This document shows positions 1 through 8,945 of a stretch of DNA of 64,000 bases, piece by piece. The position numbers and the translations under genes were made by a program. The stretch spans positions 6,738-70,737 of IMG/VR virus record IMGVR_UViG_3300030328_003618; one strand, given 5' to 3'. Every line of letters begins with the position of its first letter. Position 1 is the stretch's first letter. The DNA comes from a virus. The notes under the pieces are model-generated. The model did not search any database, was not told the origin of the DNA, and worked only from the letters and a program-made list of their open reading frames with translations.

Positions 1-160
1 GAAAGTCAGTTTGTGAACGAGGAATTAAAAATAAGCCATTTAAAGAGGGTTTTAGCTAGAAGAGGTGTAAAGTATAGCGAAGACCATACTTATGTCCTTA
101 GAAACCTTAATATACATTCTCACAGCAAGGCTACATATACTTTAAATAATAAAGATTAGT

Positions 161-481
161 GTGAGTAAGCATTTAGGTGTAAATAGTAAGAATAGGATTA
201 TAGCAACATATATGCGAGATAACAAGCCACCACCTCCTAATTGGTCTTGGGATTATCACAAGTCATGGGATGCTTTAATGCCTGTAATAGATAAGATAAT
301 ATGTGAAGAGAAGACTATGTTTTATTTTACTGCTCCCAACTATGTGCCAGGTATTGAAAAGTATTCTTTTGCTATATCCCCTAATGCTAGTGATAAAATA
401 AAAAAGAAAGGTCTTACCATGTTAGAAATAGCTTATGAAGGAGTTGTTAAACACATTAAAAGAAAACAATCATCGGTATGA
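161..481 (+). CDS. hypothetical phage protein
   Basis: 106-aa ORF overlapping the next gene; YHKSWDALMPVIDKI-type motif typical of Bacteroidota phage proteins. Confidence 0.6.
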   Translation: MSKHLGVNSKNRIIATYMRDNKPPPPNWSWDYHKSWDALMPVIDKIICEEKTMFYFTAPNYVPGIEKYSFAISPNASDKIKKKGLTMLEIAYEGVVKHIKRKQSSV

Positions 482-840
482 ATAATGATAACGTTAGTTT
501 TTACGTACCCCTATACGGTGTACTAATAAAAGTAATTAGGGGTAACACTAAAGATATGCGTAAGGTATTTAAAGAAGTTACTGGCATAGATAGATACAAC
601 CTAATGAATCCATTAGAGTTTGCTAAAACAATTCAAGTAGATAATAAAAAAGAAGGATCATACATAGTCTTACTTCTTACTGAACACGTTAACACCCCAA
701 TACTTGTCCACGAATCTGTACACATAGCTAAAGCTGTTATGCGTATATCTGGCGTTAAACTAATGGATGAAGAAACTGAAGCCTACATAACTCAATACTG
801 CTTCTCCGTTATTGACTCTTACTTTAAAATTGATAACTAA
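478..840 (+). CDS. zincin-like (HExxH) phage protein
   Basis: LVHESVH motif followed by DEETEAY. Confidence 0.6.
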   Translation: MNNDNVSFYVPLYGVLIKVIRGNTKDMRKVFKEVTGIDRYNLMNPLEFAKTIQVDNKKEGSYIVLLLTEHVNTPILVHESVHIAKAVMRISGVKLMDEETEAYITQYCFSVIDSYFKIDN

Positions 841-853
841 TAAATATATAACT

Positions 854-1066
854 ATGTCCGATATTAACTTTTACAAGAAAATACCAGAAACAATCCAAGC
901 TATCCAATACAACGGTACTAACATTAAAGAAGTAATTAAATTCCTTAAAGTAGAAGAGAACTCCCCTCTTATACCCAACAAAGGAGAATACGTTGTTAAA
1001 TACATTTCTGGTGAATACGAAATATTCTCAAGAGAAAGCTTTAATAGATACTTTGAAAATATATAA
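854..1066 (+). CDS. small phage protein (PGDYG-like)
   Basis: KKIPETIQAIQYNG...GEYVVK...F.RYFE pattern; start re-assigned to MSDINF. Confidence 0.5.
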   Translation: MSDINFYKKIPETIQAIQYNGTNIKEVIKFLKVEENSPLIPNKGEYVVKYISGEYEIFSRESFNRYFENI

Positions 1067-1156
1067 GCAACAAAAAGAAAGGGACATACAACCACGCAAT
1101 TAGTCCCTTTCATCTCCTTACTAAACCTTATGAAAAATAATACACTCCTAAGATAA

Positions 1157-1408
1157 CTATTTTTTACCTCCGTACCTGTAAGCTTTTGGCTTACCCGTAG
1201 CCATTGATTTCTTTTTTTCTACAGATGAACCAAAACCAGTGTTCTTATAAGTAGTAGGGTCAAAAAATCCCTTCTCCTTTAAATACCTGCTTTGCCTTTC
1301 TGTTCTATCTTGGTTGCTTTGTCGCTCTCTTGCTTTAATAGCTTTTCTTTTAGCTGTTAACTCTCGTTTAGCAGCATCAGTAGATGACTTATTCTTTTTA
1401 CCTGGCAT
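1157..1408 (-). CDS. basic Lys/Arg-rich protein
   Basis: ORF MPGKKNK...YRYGGKK; start uncertain. Confidence 0.6.
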   Translation of the reverse strand: MPGKKNKSSTDAAKRELTAKRKAIKARERQSNQDRTERQSRYLKEKGFFDPTTYKNTGFGSSVEKKKSMATGKPKAYRYGGKK

Positions 1409-1503
1409 AATATAAATCTTTATAATCCCTAATATACAAAACATTTATACACAATACACCCGTATAGCCATCTACTACGTAATCAATAGCCCCTACTGTT
1501 TGT

Positions 1504-1540
1504 TACTGTGTGAGTCGAGCGATACTGTGTGAACCGAGCG
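1504..1540. repeat. 18-nt tandem direct repeat TACTGTGTGAnnCGAGCG in a GC-richer intergenic patch
   Basis: Copies at 1504-1521 and 1523-1540 with 2 mismatches. Confidence 0.75.
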
Positions 1541-1857
1541 GGAAGTCTTTCTATATAAACCCCCAGTAGGGCTTTATCGTGTCGCTATAGCGCCCCTCTT
1601 TCGTCTTCGCCTCATTATTTCCCAATGTTACTTGAATGTTCTTTAACTCTATTGTAGTATATTTGTAGGCTTTGCATCTTCTATGCGTAAGCTATCACTC
1701 ACATCTTTACTACATCGTTAACAAAGTGTTTGGTTGTATTCGTTATAACCAAAAAAAAGAAACGTTTAATTACGTTGTAGAGATACGAAGTTAGTCATTT
1801 TATTTGACAATGTCAAGTGTTTTCTCCCAATGTGCATTGAACTTTAAATTATATATT

Positions 1858-2190
1858 ATGATACATGCAATTTTATTCAGCACCGATAATCAGTATGAAA
1901 ATGCTGATGAACGAATTGAACTTCAAGACTTCACAAGTCAAGAAGAATTTATCAATGCTAAAAGATTTTATTCTTATTATGATAACGGTGCGAGCCATCA
2001 TCTGCTTAGAATAGATGAAGATTTATCAAATAAATTCTTAGCATTAGATTGGGATAGCAAAAGAATTGAATTATTCCATTCAATAGATTGGAAAAACTAT
2101 CGACCTCAAGAAACGTGTAAATGCGAAACAGGATATGCAGTAACAGAGCATAGTCCTAATTGCAAATACATGAAAAATCTTCATGGTTAA
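1858..2190 (+). CDS. hypothetical early protein
   Basis: ORF; ATG at 1858 follows the motif at 1826. Confidence 0.6.
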   Translation: MIHAILFSTDNQYENADERIELQDFTSQEEFINAKRFYSYYDNGASHHLLRIDEDLSNKFLALDWDSKRIELFHSIDWKNYRPQETCKCETGYAVTEHSPNCKYMKNLHG

Positions 2191-2244
2191 TGTAATCAAA
2201 GCACAAAGTTAACCCTTTGTGCTTTGAACTTTAAATATATAATT

Positions 2245-2445
2245 ATGATGAATGTTAAAGAATTTAACGAAAAATTTAGCAAAGAAATATACGAAAATTG
2301 CAAAGATAAAGAAATGTATCATGCAGTATTGTCGCTTGCTTATTATGATTATCAATCAGATTTTAAACTGGGAAAGACAGATTGGAACGTAAAAGAATTT
2401 TTTAGACCGCTTACACGTGATGAAATAGAAGCTGTATTCTCTTAA
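2245..2445 (+). CDS. hypothetical early protein
   Basis: ORF after the motif at 2213. Confidence 0.55.
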   Translation: MMNVKEFNEKFSKEIYENCKDKEMYHAVLSLAYYDYQSDFKLGKTDWNVKEFFRPLTRDEIEAVFS

Positions 2446-2510
2446 TTTTAACTTTCTAACTAAAAGTATCAAGATACCCAATGTATCTTGAACTTTATAA
2501 ACTTAATATC

Positions 2511-2597
2511 ATGTATAACATTTACAGATTTGCATTAGTAATCATATTAAGTGCAATATTATTAGCATTTAGTATGTACGTATCTTTGCTCGGCTAA
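2511..2597 (+). CDS. 28-aa hydrophobic membrane peptide
   Basis: MYNIYRFALVIILSAILLAFSMYVSLLG*; preceded by the motif at 2477 and an AT-rich leader; absent from the ORF track. Confidence 0.55.
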   Translation: MYNIYRFALVIILSAILLAFSMYVSLLG

Positions 2598-2672
2598 AGC
2601 CTCGTTCTTTCCCTTTGTTATTGGGATAATTCGTTTTTCTTTCAAAGCACATTTCACCCATTGTGCTTTGAT

Positions 2673-3410
2673 ATGACAAATATTACTGAAAATGCACAAG
2701 TAGCTCAAGGAGTTGCTGATGCAAACGCTGAAAACAACAGCGTAAAAACAAATGAAGTTGCTAATGCTGAAACTACTGTACAAACAGAAGAAAAAGCAGT
2801 AGAAACTCAAACAGTATCTGCTATTGACGCTATGCTTCAAAAACATAGCGAATTAATAACAGAAAGCACAGTATCTCCTAGAGATATAGTTGATTGGTTT
2901 GTACCATCAGATGACGGTTCTTCTGTAAACGCAGTTTATAGTGGAATTGCCGACATTAATGGTAGATTTCAAATATTGTTTGAAGTATTTGACAGTAACA
3001 CTTATGTAAGGCTTCCTGATGACTTAGGAGCATTCGTAGGAGGAAGGCAAACTCCTTCTCAATCGTTTGGTAGTTGTAAAAGATTAATCAACATCTTAAA
3101 AGAAGTTGGTGGTTATTATGACGAAAAACTAAGTCAGTTATTTGACATAGCTTATTCTACCTATATGGTAGCAGATGACTATGTTGACCAAAAAGGTTTA
3201 ATCTTTGACAGAGATGAAAAAGATAACTATGGTAATAAAATAACAAGAAAGCTAGTATGGACTATGGATAAGCGTAAAGCTATGCAGTCTGTAATTAATG
3301 ACTTTGTTACCTTTATATCTTCAAAAGGTGTAGAACACCCAGAAATACCAATGGTATTAGATAAGAGGTCAAGAGAAGGTTATTCAGCAATCATAAGTGA
3401 AATTGAATAA
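2673..3410 (+). CDS. hypothetical protein with A/E/N/T-rich N-terminus
   Basis: Long ORF; ATG immediately after the motif at 2657. Confidence 0.75.
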   Translation: MTNITENAQVAQGVADANAENNSVKTNEVANAETTVQTEEKAVETQTVSAIDAMLQKHSELITESTVSPRDIVDWFVPSDDGSSVNAVYSGIADINGRFQILFEVFDSNTYVRLPDDLGAFVGGRQTPSQSFGSCKRLINILKEVGGYYDEKLSQLFDIAYSTYMVADDYVDQKGLIFDRDEKDNYGNKITRKLVWTMDKRKAMQSVINDFVTFISSKGVEHPEIPMVLDKRSREGYSAIISEIE

Positions 3411-3463
3411 TAAAGTAATCAAGGCACAACACCCGTTGTGTCTTGAACTTTAAATTATATGTT

Positions 3464-3691
3464 ATGAAAATAATGAGTGGAAACCGAGAGGTTAATCTTA
3501 ACGATTATTCAAATGAACAACTACAAGTATTAATCAAGGGATTATGTAAAAAAATCGTAAAACTTGAAAAAGAAAATAGATTGTTTAAGTTGCCTACACC
3601 AAAATTAGGTAACATAGAAAGTAAATTCATGGAAGATAAAATAAACGATGAATTTACTGATGATTCTAGTTTTTACCACTATTATCCTTAA
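3464..3691 (+). CDS. hypothetical coiled-coil protein
   Basis: ORF after the motif at 3432. Confidence 0.55.
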   Translation: MKIMSGNREVNLNDYSNEQLQVLIKGLCKKIVKLEKENRLFKLPTPKLGNIESKFMEDKINDEFTDDSSFYHYYP

Positions 3692-3872
3692 TAAAACTAA
3701 AAGCACAAAGGCTATCACCCTTTGTGCTTTGAATTTAATTATATACTTTTTTTATCAGTATTACTAAACACAAGCCTTATCACCTTCCTTGCTAAAGGTT
3801 GCATTTTTCAAGTTTTTTCAAAACATAGTTTTTTTCTTTCCCTTTGTGTTTTGAACTTTAAATTTATTAATT

Positions 3873-5147
3873 ATGTATTTAAGAATTTCTAATGACAATG
3901 AGATTAACTACAAGGCTTTCACTCTTGTAGGAGCATCTACGAAGACTGGTAACGAAACTATTGGTCAATTCGGAACAGGTAATAAGTATGCTTTAGCATA
4001 TTTGTTGAGGAACAACTATCAAGTTAGAATATTTTCGGGAGAGAAGGAGATTAAAATCTCAACTAAAGAAGAAACTTTCGGAGATCAAAGCTTTAATGTT
4101 ATTCATGTAAACAACGAGCCTACTTCTATAACTACCAAGATGGGTAAAGAATGGAAGTTATGGCAAGCTGTAAGAGAGTTTTATTCAAACGCTTTAGACG
4201 CTGGTGATGCAGAACTAAACTGTACTACCAAAATCAAAGGCGTTAAAGGTAAAACTCACATTTACATTAATCTAACAGACGAGCTTACTGACATGGTAAC
4301 TAAAGATTTTCATTTATATTTTTCAGATGATAGTCAAGTTCTTTATGAAAATGAGCATGGTAAGATTCTAGAAAACTGTGGTAAGACAGTTATTTACAGA
4401 AAAGGAATTAAGTGTTATGAAACACATGAAACCTCTGTTTATAACTATGATATACCTAACGTTAAGATAAATGAATCAAGAGTAGTTGTGTATAGTTGGG
4501 AAGTAAACAGAGAAGTCTGGAAGATTATACTAACGTGTGATAATAAAGGAATTATTAAGAATATCCTTACAAATTTCTTAGCACAGCTAGAGTATTCTTT
4601 TGAACCACCTTACGGTATAAGCCCTTCTAAAGAGTTTATTGAAGTTTGTAATGAGATAAACGTGCAACCTTCTGGCTTAATATCTTTGCTTAATAGTAAT
4701 GAGGTTAATGGATATACATTTGTTCCTGAAAGTCTTTATTCTTATGTTAATTCTAAACTAGAAACTAAAGAAGAGTTGAAAGACCTTAGATTTGACAAAG
4801 CAAGTGGCGTTCAGTACAGAATTGTAGAAAAACCTACTCAACTTCAGATGAATACTATACATGAAGCAGAAAACTTTTTAGCTGAATGTAAGTTACCAAA
4901 CAATTTTGACGTAGTTGTAGGGAACTTTTCTAATCCAAGGGTACTAGGACATGCTAATCAAGAAGATAAGCAAATTATACTATCCGAAAAAGGCTTAGAG
5001 AGAGGTTTACATGATGTTGTTAACACTATTATTGAAGAACATATTCATTTAGAATATGATGTACGTGATTGTACTAGGGAATTTCAGCTAGAAGCTATAA
5101 ATTTGCTAATCAACTACGCTAAGAAAATGAACTCTTATAATATTTAG
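3873..5147 (+). CDS. GHKL (Hsp90/MORC-like) ATPase-domain protein
   Basis: GASTK...IGQFGTGNKYA (G2/lid) and AVREFYSNALDAG (N-box); C-terminal IIEEHIH. Confidence 0.7.
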   Translation: MYLRISNDNEINYKAFTLVGASTKTGNETIGQFGTGNKYALAYLLRNNYQVRIFSGEKEIKISTKEETFGDQSFNVIHVNNEPTSITTKMGKEWKLWQAVREFYSNALDAGDAELNCTTKIKGVKGKTHIYINLTDELTDMVTKDFHLYFSDDSQVLYENEHGKILENCGKTVIYRKGIKCYETHETSVYNYDIPNVKINESRVVVYSWEVNREVWKIILTCDNKGIIKNILTNFLAQLEYSFEPPYGISPSKEFIEVCNEINVQPSGLISLLNSNEVNGYTFVPESLYSYVNSKLETKEELKDLRFDKASGVQYRIVEKPTQLQMNTIHEAENFLAECKLPNNFDVVVGNFSNPRVLGHANQEDKQIILSEKGLERGLHDVVNTIIEEHIHLEYDVRDCTREFQLEAINLLINYAKKMNSYNI

Positions 5148-5225
5148 TTTGTTGTATTTTTCATAAGTGAAATCGAAGTACGAAGGGTTTTTGCCCTTTG
5201 TGCTTTGATTGTTTAACTATTTACT

Positions 5226-5504
5226 ATGGAGTTATTTATAAAGCACTATTTTCAACTTAAAGACCTTCTTACAAGGTTGGATTCCCAGAATGAAGAAGTC
5301 AACTCGGAGATTAATAATCTTAGGGCTGAAAGTATTATCAATTCAGAGTTTTTAAAAAAATATTATATTGAACAAGTCAGTCTACACAATTTTAGAAAAG
5401 ATTTGTTGAATTTTATTTTCAAACACGCTGAAAACATTGAGGATACTGATGAAATGAAAGAATTTATCCGAATTGTACAAGAAAAGTACAACGAGGCTAA
5501 ATGA
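5226..5504 (+). CDS. hypothetical protein
   Basis: ORF after the motif at 5194. Confidence 0.6.
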   Translation: MELFIKHYFQLKDLLTRLDSQNEEVNSEINNLRAESIINSEFLKKYYIEQVSLHNFRKDLLNFIFKHAENIEDTDEMKEFIRIVQEKYNEAK

Positions 5505-5556
5505 TTGTTACTAAATTTTGGTTAATTAATTATTTAAAATTTAAGTTAAATTTACT

Positions 5557-5850
5557 ATGGAAAAATTTAAAGATTTTAAAGAACTAAAGGGTATTAACGT
5601 ACCTTTTGATAGAAAAAGAGCAGGTGTATTGTTTAAAAGGCTACTCACAGAGTACCACAAGCACAAGTTGTCATTAATTTTTAATGACAAAGGAAAGGTA
5701 ACGGGTTTTTATATGATTGATACAAAAACAGGAACACCTTTGAAACACAAAATATTTATCAAACACGATAAGTTAATGTGTACTTGCAGTAAATTTGGAA
5801 AACAGGCGTTTGACATGGATATTTATATACCTTCAATAAATAGAGTATGA
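5557..5850 (+). CDS. hypothetical protein
   Basis: ORF track, 97 aa. Confidence 0.6.
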   Translation: MEKFKDFKELKGINVPFDRKRAGVLFKRLLTEYHKHKLSLIFNDKGKVTGFYMIDTKTGTPLKHKIFIKHDKLMCTCSKFGKQAFDMDIYIPSINRV

Positions 5851-6134
5851 AAAAGAAAAGTTCGTTAGTTAGTATGATATTATCAACGTGTTTATTTATA
5901 ACATTATCAATAACTTGCTATGTAGCAAAGTTTAATGACAATGTATTTTTAAGCTTTACGTTCTTAATTTTTTCAATACTTTGTTTTATTACGTCAATAA
6001 GCTGTTTAAGAGATTACAAATATTTATCTGGAAAGTTGAAAGAAAGTCAATTCAAAAGACATTCACAGTATCAGTATTGGTATTACATCTACGGAAAAGA
6101 TGCTTACCAATACTATTTAAAAAGATATAAGTAG
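5847..6134 (+). CDS. small membrane protein (2 TM)
   Basis: Two hydrophobic stretches at the N-terminus. Confidence 0.6.
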   Translation: MKKKSSLVSMILSTCLFITLSITCYVAKFNDNVFLSFTFLIFSILCFITSISCLRDYKYLSGKLKESQFKRHSQYQYWYYIYGKDAYQYYLKRYK

Positions 6135-6159
6135 AAAAGTTAACCATAGTAAGTAGTCT

Positions 6160-6198
6160 TAGGGTGATAAGTAGAAATACTTGTTGCCCTATTTTTTT
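6160..6198 (+). terminator. Rho-independent terminator
   Basis: tagggtgataagta/tacttgttgcccta stem followed by T7. Confidence 0.7.
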
Positions 6199-6260
6199 AA
6201 TACTTGCCTTGCTAAAGACTGTACTTTCCCTTTGTGTTTTGAATTATAAAACTATTTATT

Positions 6261-6467
6261 ATGAGTTTAGAAGAATATGTAGAAGGTTTAAATGATTTCT
6301 TAAAAGCTAATCCAAAAGCTAAAGAACTACCAGTAGTTTATGCTAGTGACCCTGAAGGAAATAATTGGCACTATACTTTTAGTAGTCCAACTATGATAAC
6401 TAAAATTGGTCATTCAAGAAGTACATCTTATGATTTAGATGAAGCTGATGAAATTTGTATAAATTAA
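6261..6467 (+). CDS. hypothetical protein
   Basis: LPVVYASDPEGN motif; ORF after the motif at 6228. Confidence 0.6.
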   Translation: MSLEEYVEGLNDFLKANPKAKELPVVYASDPEGNNWHYTFSSPTMITKIGHSRSTSYDLDEADEICIN

Positions 6468-6472
6468 CAATC

Positions 6473-6643
6473 ATGGCTAAATTTAATATAGAAGTGATTG
6501 AAACATTGTCTAAGACAATTGAAGTAGAGGCTGATGACATGGATGAAGCTAATGTTATATTAAGCCAAAGATATCATAATGAAGATATTATTTTAGATTC
6601 TTCAGATCATGTATCTACAGAATTTAAAATTTTAAAAGATTAA
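6473..6643 (+). CDS. DpnD/PcfM-like small protein
   Basis: FNIEVIETLSKTIEVEADDMDEA...IILDSSD pattern. Confidence 0.6.
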   Translation: MAKFNIEVIETLSKTIEVEADDMDEANVILSQRYHNEDIILDSSDHVSTEFKILKD

Positions 6644-6645
6644 AT

Positions 6646-6836
6646 AAACTCTCCAAGCTAATGGATAAGCAGTGATTATAAGATGATATATGTGAAGATA
6701 ATCACAACACTTCCAAGAGTGTTAGCTTGCCTGAAAAGGCTTTATGAAGTTAGATAACAAATGTGGATACTTTGTAATTTATTGCACCGTGGACGAAGCA
6801 TTATAAGTTTATTCCACTTGGGGACTTGGAGAGTTT
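6646..6836 (+). ncRNA. putative structured ncRNA, family unknown
   Basis: Perfect 12-bp closing stem aaactctccaag/cttggagagttt enclosing hairpins gtgattat/ataatcac, aacactt/gagtgtt, gcct-GAAA-aggc and gtgga/tccac; no ORF. Confidence 0.6.
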
Positions 6837-6843
6837 TTAAATA

Positions 6844-7077
6844 ATGTTAAATGTAAAAAGCGATATGAACGAAGTGAATAATGATTCTTTACATAATGTT
6901 AGTGGCTGGTTTTTGGTTGAAATTACAAAACCAATGTCTACTACATTTAAAAAAGGAATGAATGCTTGGTGCAAGTACACAAGTAATAGAAATGACTTTA
7001 AGCTAAAAACATTGGCTGAGGATTATGAACAAGGATTTGGATTTGCATATAAACCGCACTTTAAAATTTGCCACTAA
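6844..7077 (+). CDS. hypothetical protein spanning a solitary cassette
   Basis: GTTAGTGGC (6898) is complementary to GCCACTAAC (7070-7078); the stop codon lies in TAAC. Confidence 0.55.
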   Translation: MLNVKSDMNEVNNDSLHNVSGWFLVEITKPMSTTFKKGMNAWCKYTSNRNDFKLKTLAEDYEQGFGFAYKPHFKICH

Positions 7078-7080
7078 CAT

Positions 7081-7310
7081 GAGAGAATGGCGGAATTGGT
7101 ATACGTGCCCTACATGGGTAGGGGGTAGAATAAAGAAATAAAGACAGACGTAAGTACTTAAAGTAAGTAAAAACAGTGTGAGAACTGTAATACCTTACAA
7201 TTCGGTGGCTTTTAGGAAGACTTTGACTAAAGAATCTCAATCTTAATCAAGGACACAAAAAAGTAATGCTCCTAATCTCTACACTGCAGGTTCGAATCCT
7301 GCTTCTCTTA
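7081..7310 (+). ncRNA. tRNA-like RNA (Leu-type D arm) with non-canonical anticodon loop and about 155-nt variable-arm insertion
   Basis: Acceptor GAGAGAA/TTCTCTT plus A73; D arm TGGCGGAATTGGTATACG; T arm GCAGG-TTCGAAT-CCTGC. Confidence 0.7.
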
Positions 7311-7406
7311 CAATTACTATTCAGACATAGTGATTTTTTAAAGTTCAATTAAGGCACAATGGGATTACCCGTTGTGCTTTGATGTTTAACTTTAAAAAAT
7401 CGTAAT

Positions 7407-7805
7407 ATGGAAAATTACAAAATTTACATTGATACAGACAAACCGTCTGTAAAAATCAAATTTAGTATTAGTTACTTGAAACCTAGCGAATCTTGGAATT
7501 GGGCTACTAGCGAAACTAGAGAAACTGGCTATCGAGTTACGGGAGTACCAGTTGAAAGATGGGCTGATGGTAAAGGGGAAAGCTTTACAGCTTTTAGTGG
7601 CTTTGGAGCAACCTTATTGCCTTGTAAAAGACGCTCTCAAAAGCGTTATGAACAAGCAATAGATATTTTACAAGAAAGACTACTTGATTATGTTCGTTAT
7701 TTTGAAAAGAAAGGCTATCATATTTGTCGTGATGCAATTAATACGTTAATCGAAGAAAAAGAACACAGAGATTACAAAAAACATTTAAATGCAACAGGAA
7801 TATGA
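7407..7805 (+). CDS. hypothetical protein
   Basis: ORF after the motif at 7368. Confidence 0.7.
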   Translation: MENYKIYIDTDKPSVKIKFSISYLKPSESWNWATSETRETGYRVTGVPVERWADGKGESFTAFSGFGATLLPCKRRSQKRYEQAIDILQERLLDYVRYFEKKGYHICRDAINTLIEEKEHRDYKKHLNATGI

Positions 7806-8005
7806 AAAAGCCAACAAAAAAACAGTACGAAGAATATTTAAATTCTATTTCTCCATCACAAGATAGTGAGGAATGGATAATTGGTGGTGTTCCAAGGTTT
7901 TATTATAAATACCTTAATCAATATGGAACAGCTATTAGAAAATATGATAAAATAGGTTTTCAAGTAGGTTATAATGAATATGTTTTATCTAAAAAATCAA
8001 TATAA
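7802..8005 (+). CDS. hypothetical protein
   Basis: Translationally coupled ORF; YGTAIRKYDKIGFQVGYNE. Confidence 0.6.
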   Translation: MKKPTKKQYEEYLNSISPSQDSEEWIIGGVPRFYYKYLNQYGTAIRKYDKIGFQVGYNEYVLSKKSI

Positions 8006-8271
8006 TGGAAGGACTATTTAAAGCATTAGATGAAATGCCTAATAAATTTAGTAGCACTGAATTTTGTAAAAAAGCAAGAGAATTTGGAATTACTACTAGA
8101 CAAGTACAAGACGCAGTTTGTTCTGAATTTTTAAAACAAAATGCTGTTCATGTAGAAAAAAGAACTTATACTAAAAATAAAGATAAAAGTCATCTTGAAA
8201 AATGTATCGATTATCTTAAATCAAAAGGATATAAAGTTCTTAAACCTGTAACTGAATATAAAGAATTATAA
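8005..8271 (+). CDS. hypothetical protein
   Basis: Coupled ORF. Confidence 0.6.
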   Translation: MEGLFKALDEMPNKFSSTEFCKKAREFGITTRQVQDAVCSEFLKQNAVHVEKRTYTKNKDKSHLEKCIDYLKSKGYKVLKPVTEYKEL

Positions 8272-8274
8272 GTT

Positions 8275-8529
8275 ATGGATAAAGAATTGATTAAAACAAT
8301 AGCTAGAAATGAATATTCTCATTCAATAGAGAATGATTTTGAAAATACTTCTGTATACAAAATTGAAGGTAGTGAAAGCTATTTAATTTTTTGGAATAGT
8401 TCAAATGGCGAAGAGCCAGAATTCAAATACGCATTATCTGAAATACTTGAGCTTATAATAGATGAAGAATATGAAGGTACTGTTAGTGATGGATGGAACG
8501 AAATAATGTTTAAAACCTTTAATATTTAA
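8275..8529 (+). CDS. hypothetical acidic protein
   Basis: Tightly packed ORF. Confidence 0.6.
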   Translation: MDKELIKTIARNEYSHSIENDFENTSVYKIEGSESYLIFWNSSNGEEPEFKYALSEILELIIDEEYEGTVSDGWNEIMFKTFNI

Positions 8530-8531
8530 AT

Positions 8532-8783
8532 ATGGCAAGTAAAGTATATCCAATTTGGACAAAAGTAGAAGCGTGTATCTACAAAAGCGACAAGTCATTT
8601 GGAGCAAAAGAAACAAGTAGCCAAGAAATATTTGTAGGTACAGGACCAAAAAACTCTCACAAAATTGCTGAAATATGCACAACAAGGAGAGAACATGGTG
8701 ATGAAATTGTTTTTAAATTTAGCCTTGATGGAGAAATAGTAAAAACAATTCGATTTGATAAAGAAACTAAAAAGATGATTTAA
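8532..8783 (+). CDS. hypothetical protein
   Basis: Tightly packed ORF. Confidence 0.6.
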   Translation: MASKVYPIWTKVEACIYKSDKSFGAKETSSQEIFVGTGPKNSHKIAEICTTRREHGDEIVFKFSLDGEIVKTIRFDKETKKMI

Positions 8784-8800
8784 AGATCGTTCTTTGATAC

Positions 8801-8847
8801 GGTGAGGAAAGACACATTCGCAAAATTATTTCCTCACCTTTTTTTTT
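8801..8847 (+). terminator. Rho-independent terminator upstream of the cassette array
   Basis: ggtgaggaaa/tttcctcacc stem followed by a T-run. Confidence 0.6.
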
Positions 8848-8902
8848 ACAACGATTAGTATAAGCACATACCCGATAGGGTTGGGTTTATACCTTGTTAG
8901 CT
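8846..8902 (+). repeat. attC-like site 0
   Basis: ACAAC...gtataagc/gtttatac...GTTAGCT. Confidence 0.6.
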
Positions 8903-8945
8903 GACGAAGTGAACTGTTTAAAAATTTAAAAAACAAAATATTATT

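Noticed and set aside
7081-7310. Standard tRNA, tmRNA or group I intron-containing tRNA
   Set aside because: No 7-nt anticodon loop and no G3:U70; the insert is in the variable arm, is short, and shows no recognisable group I core.
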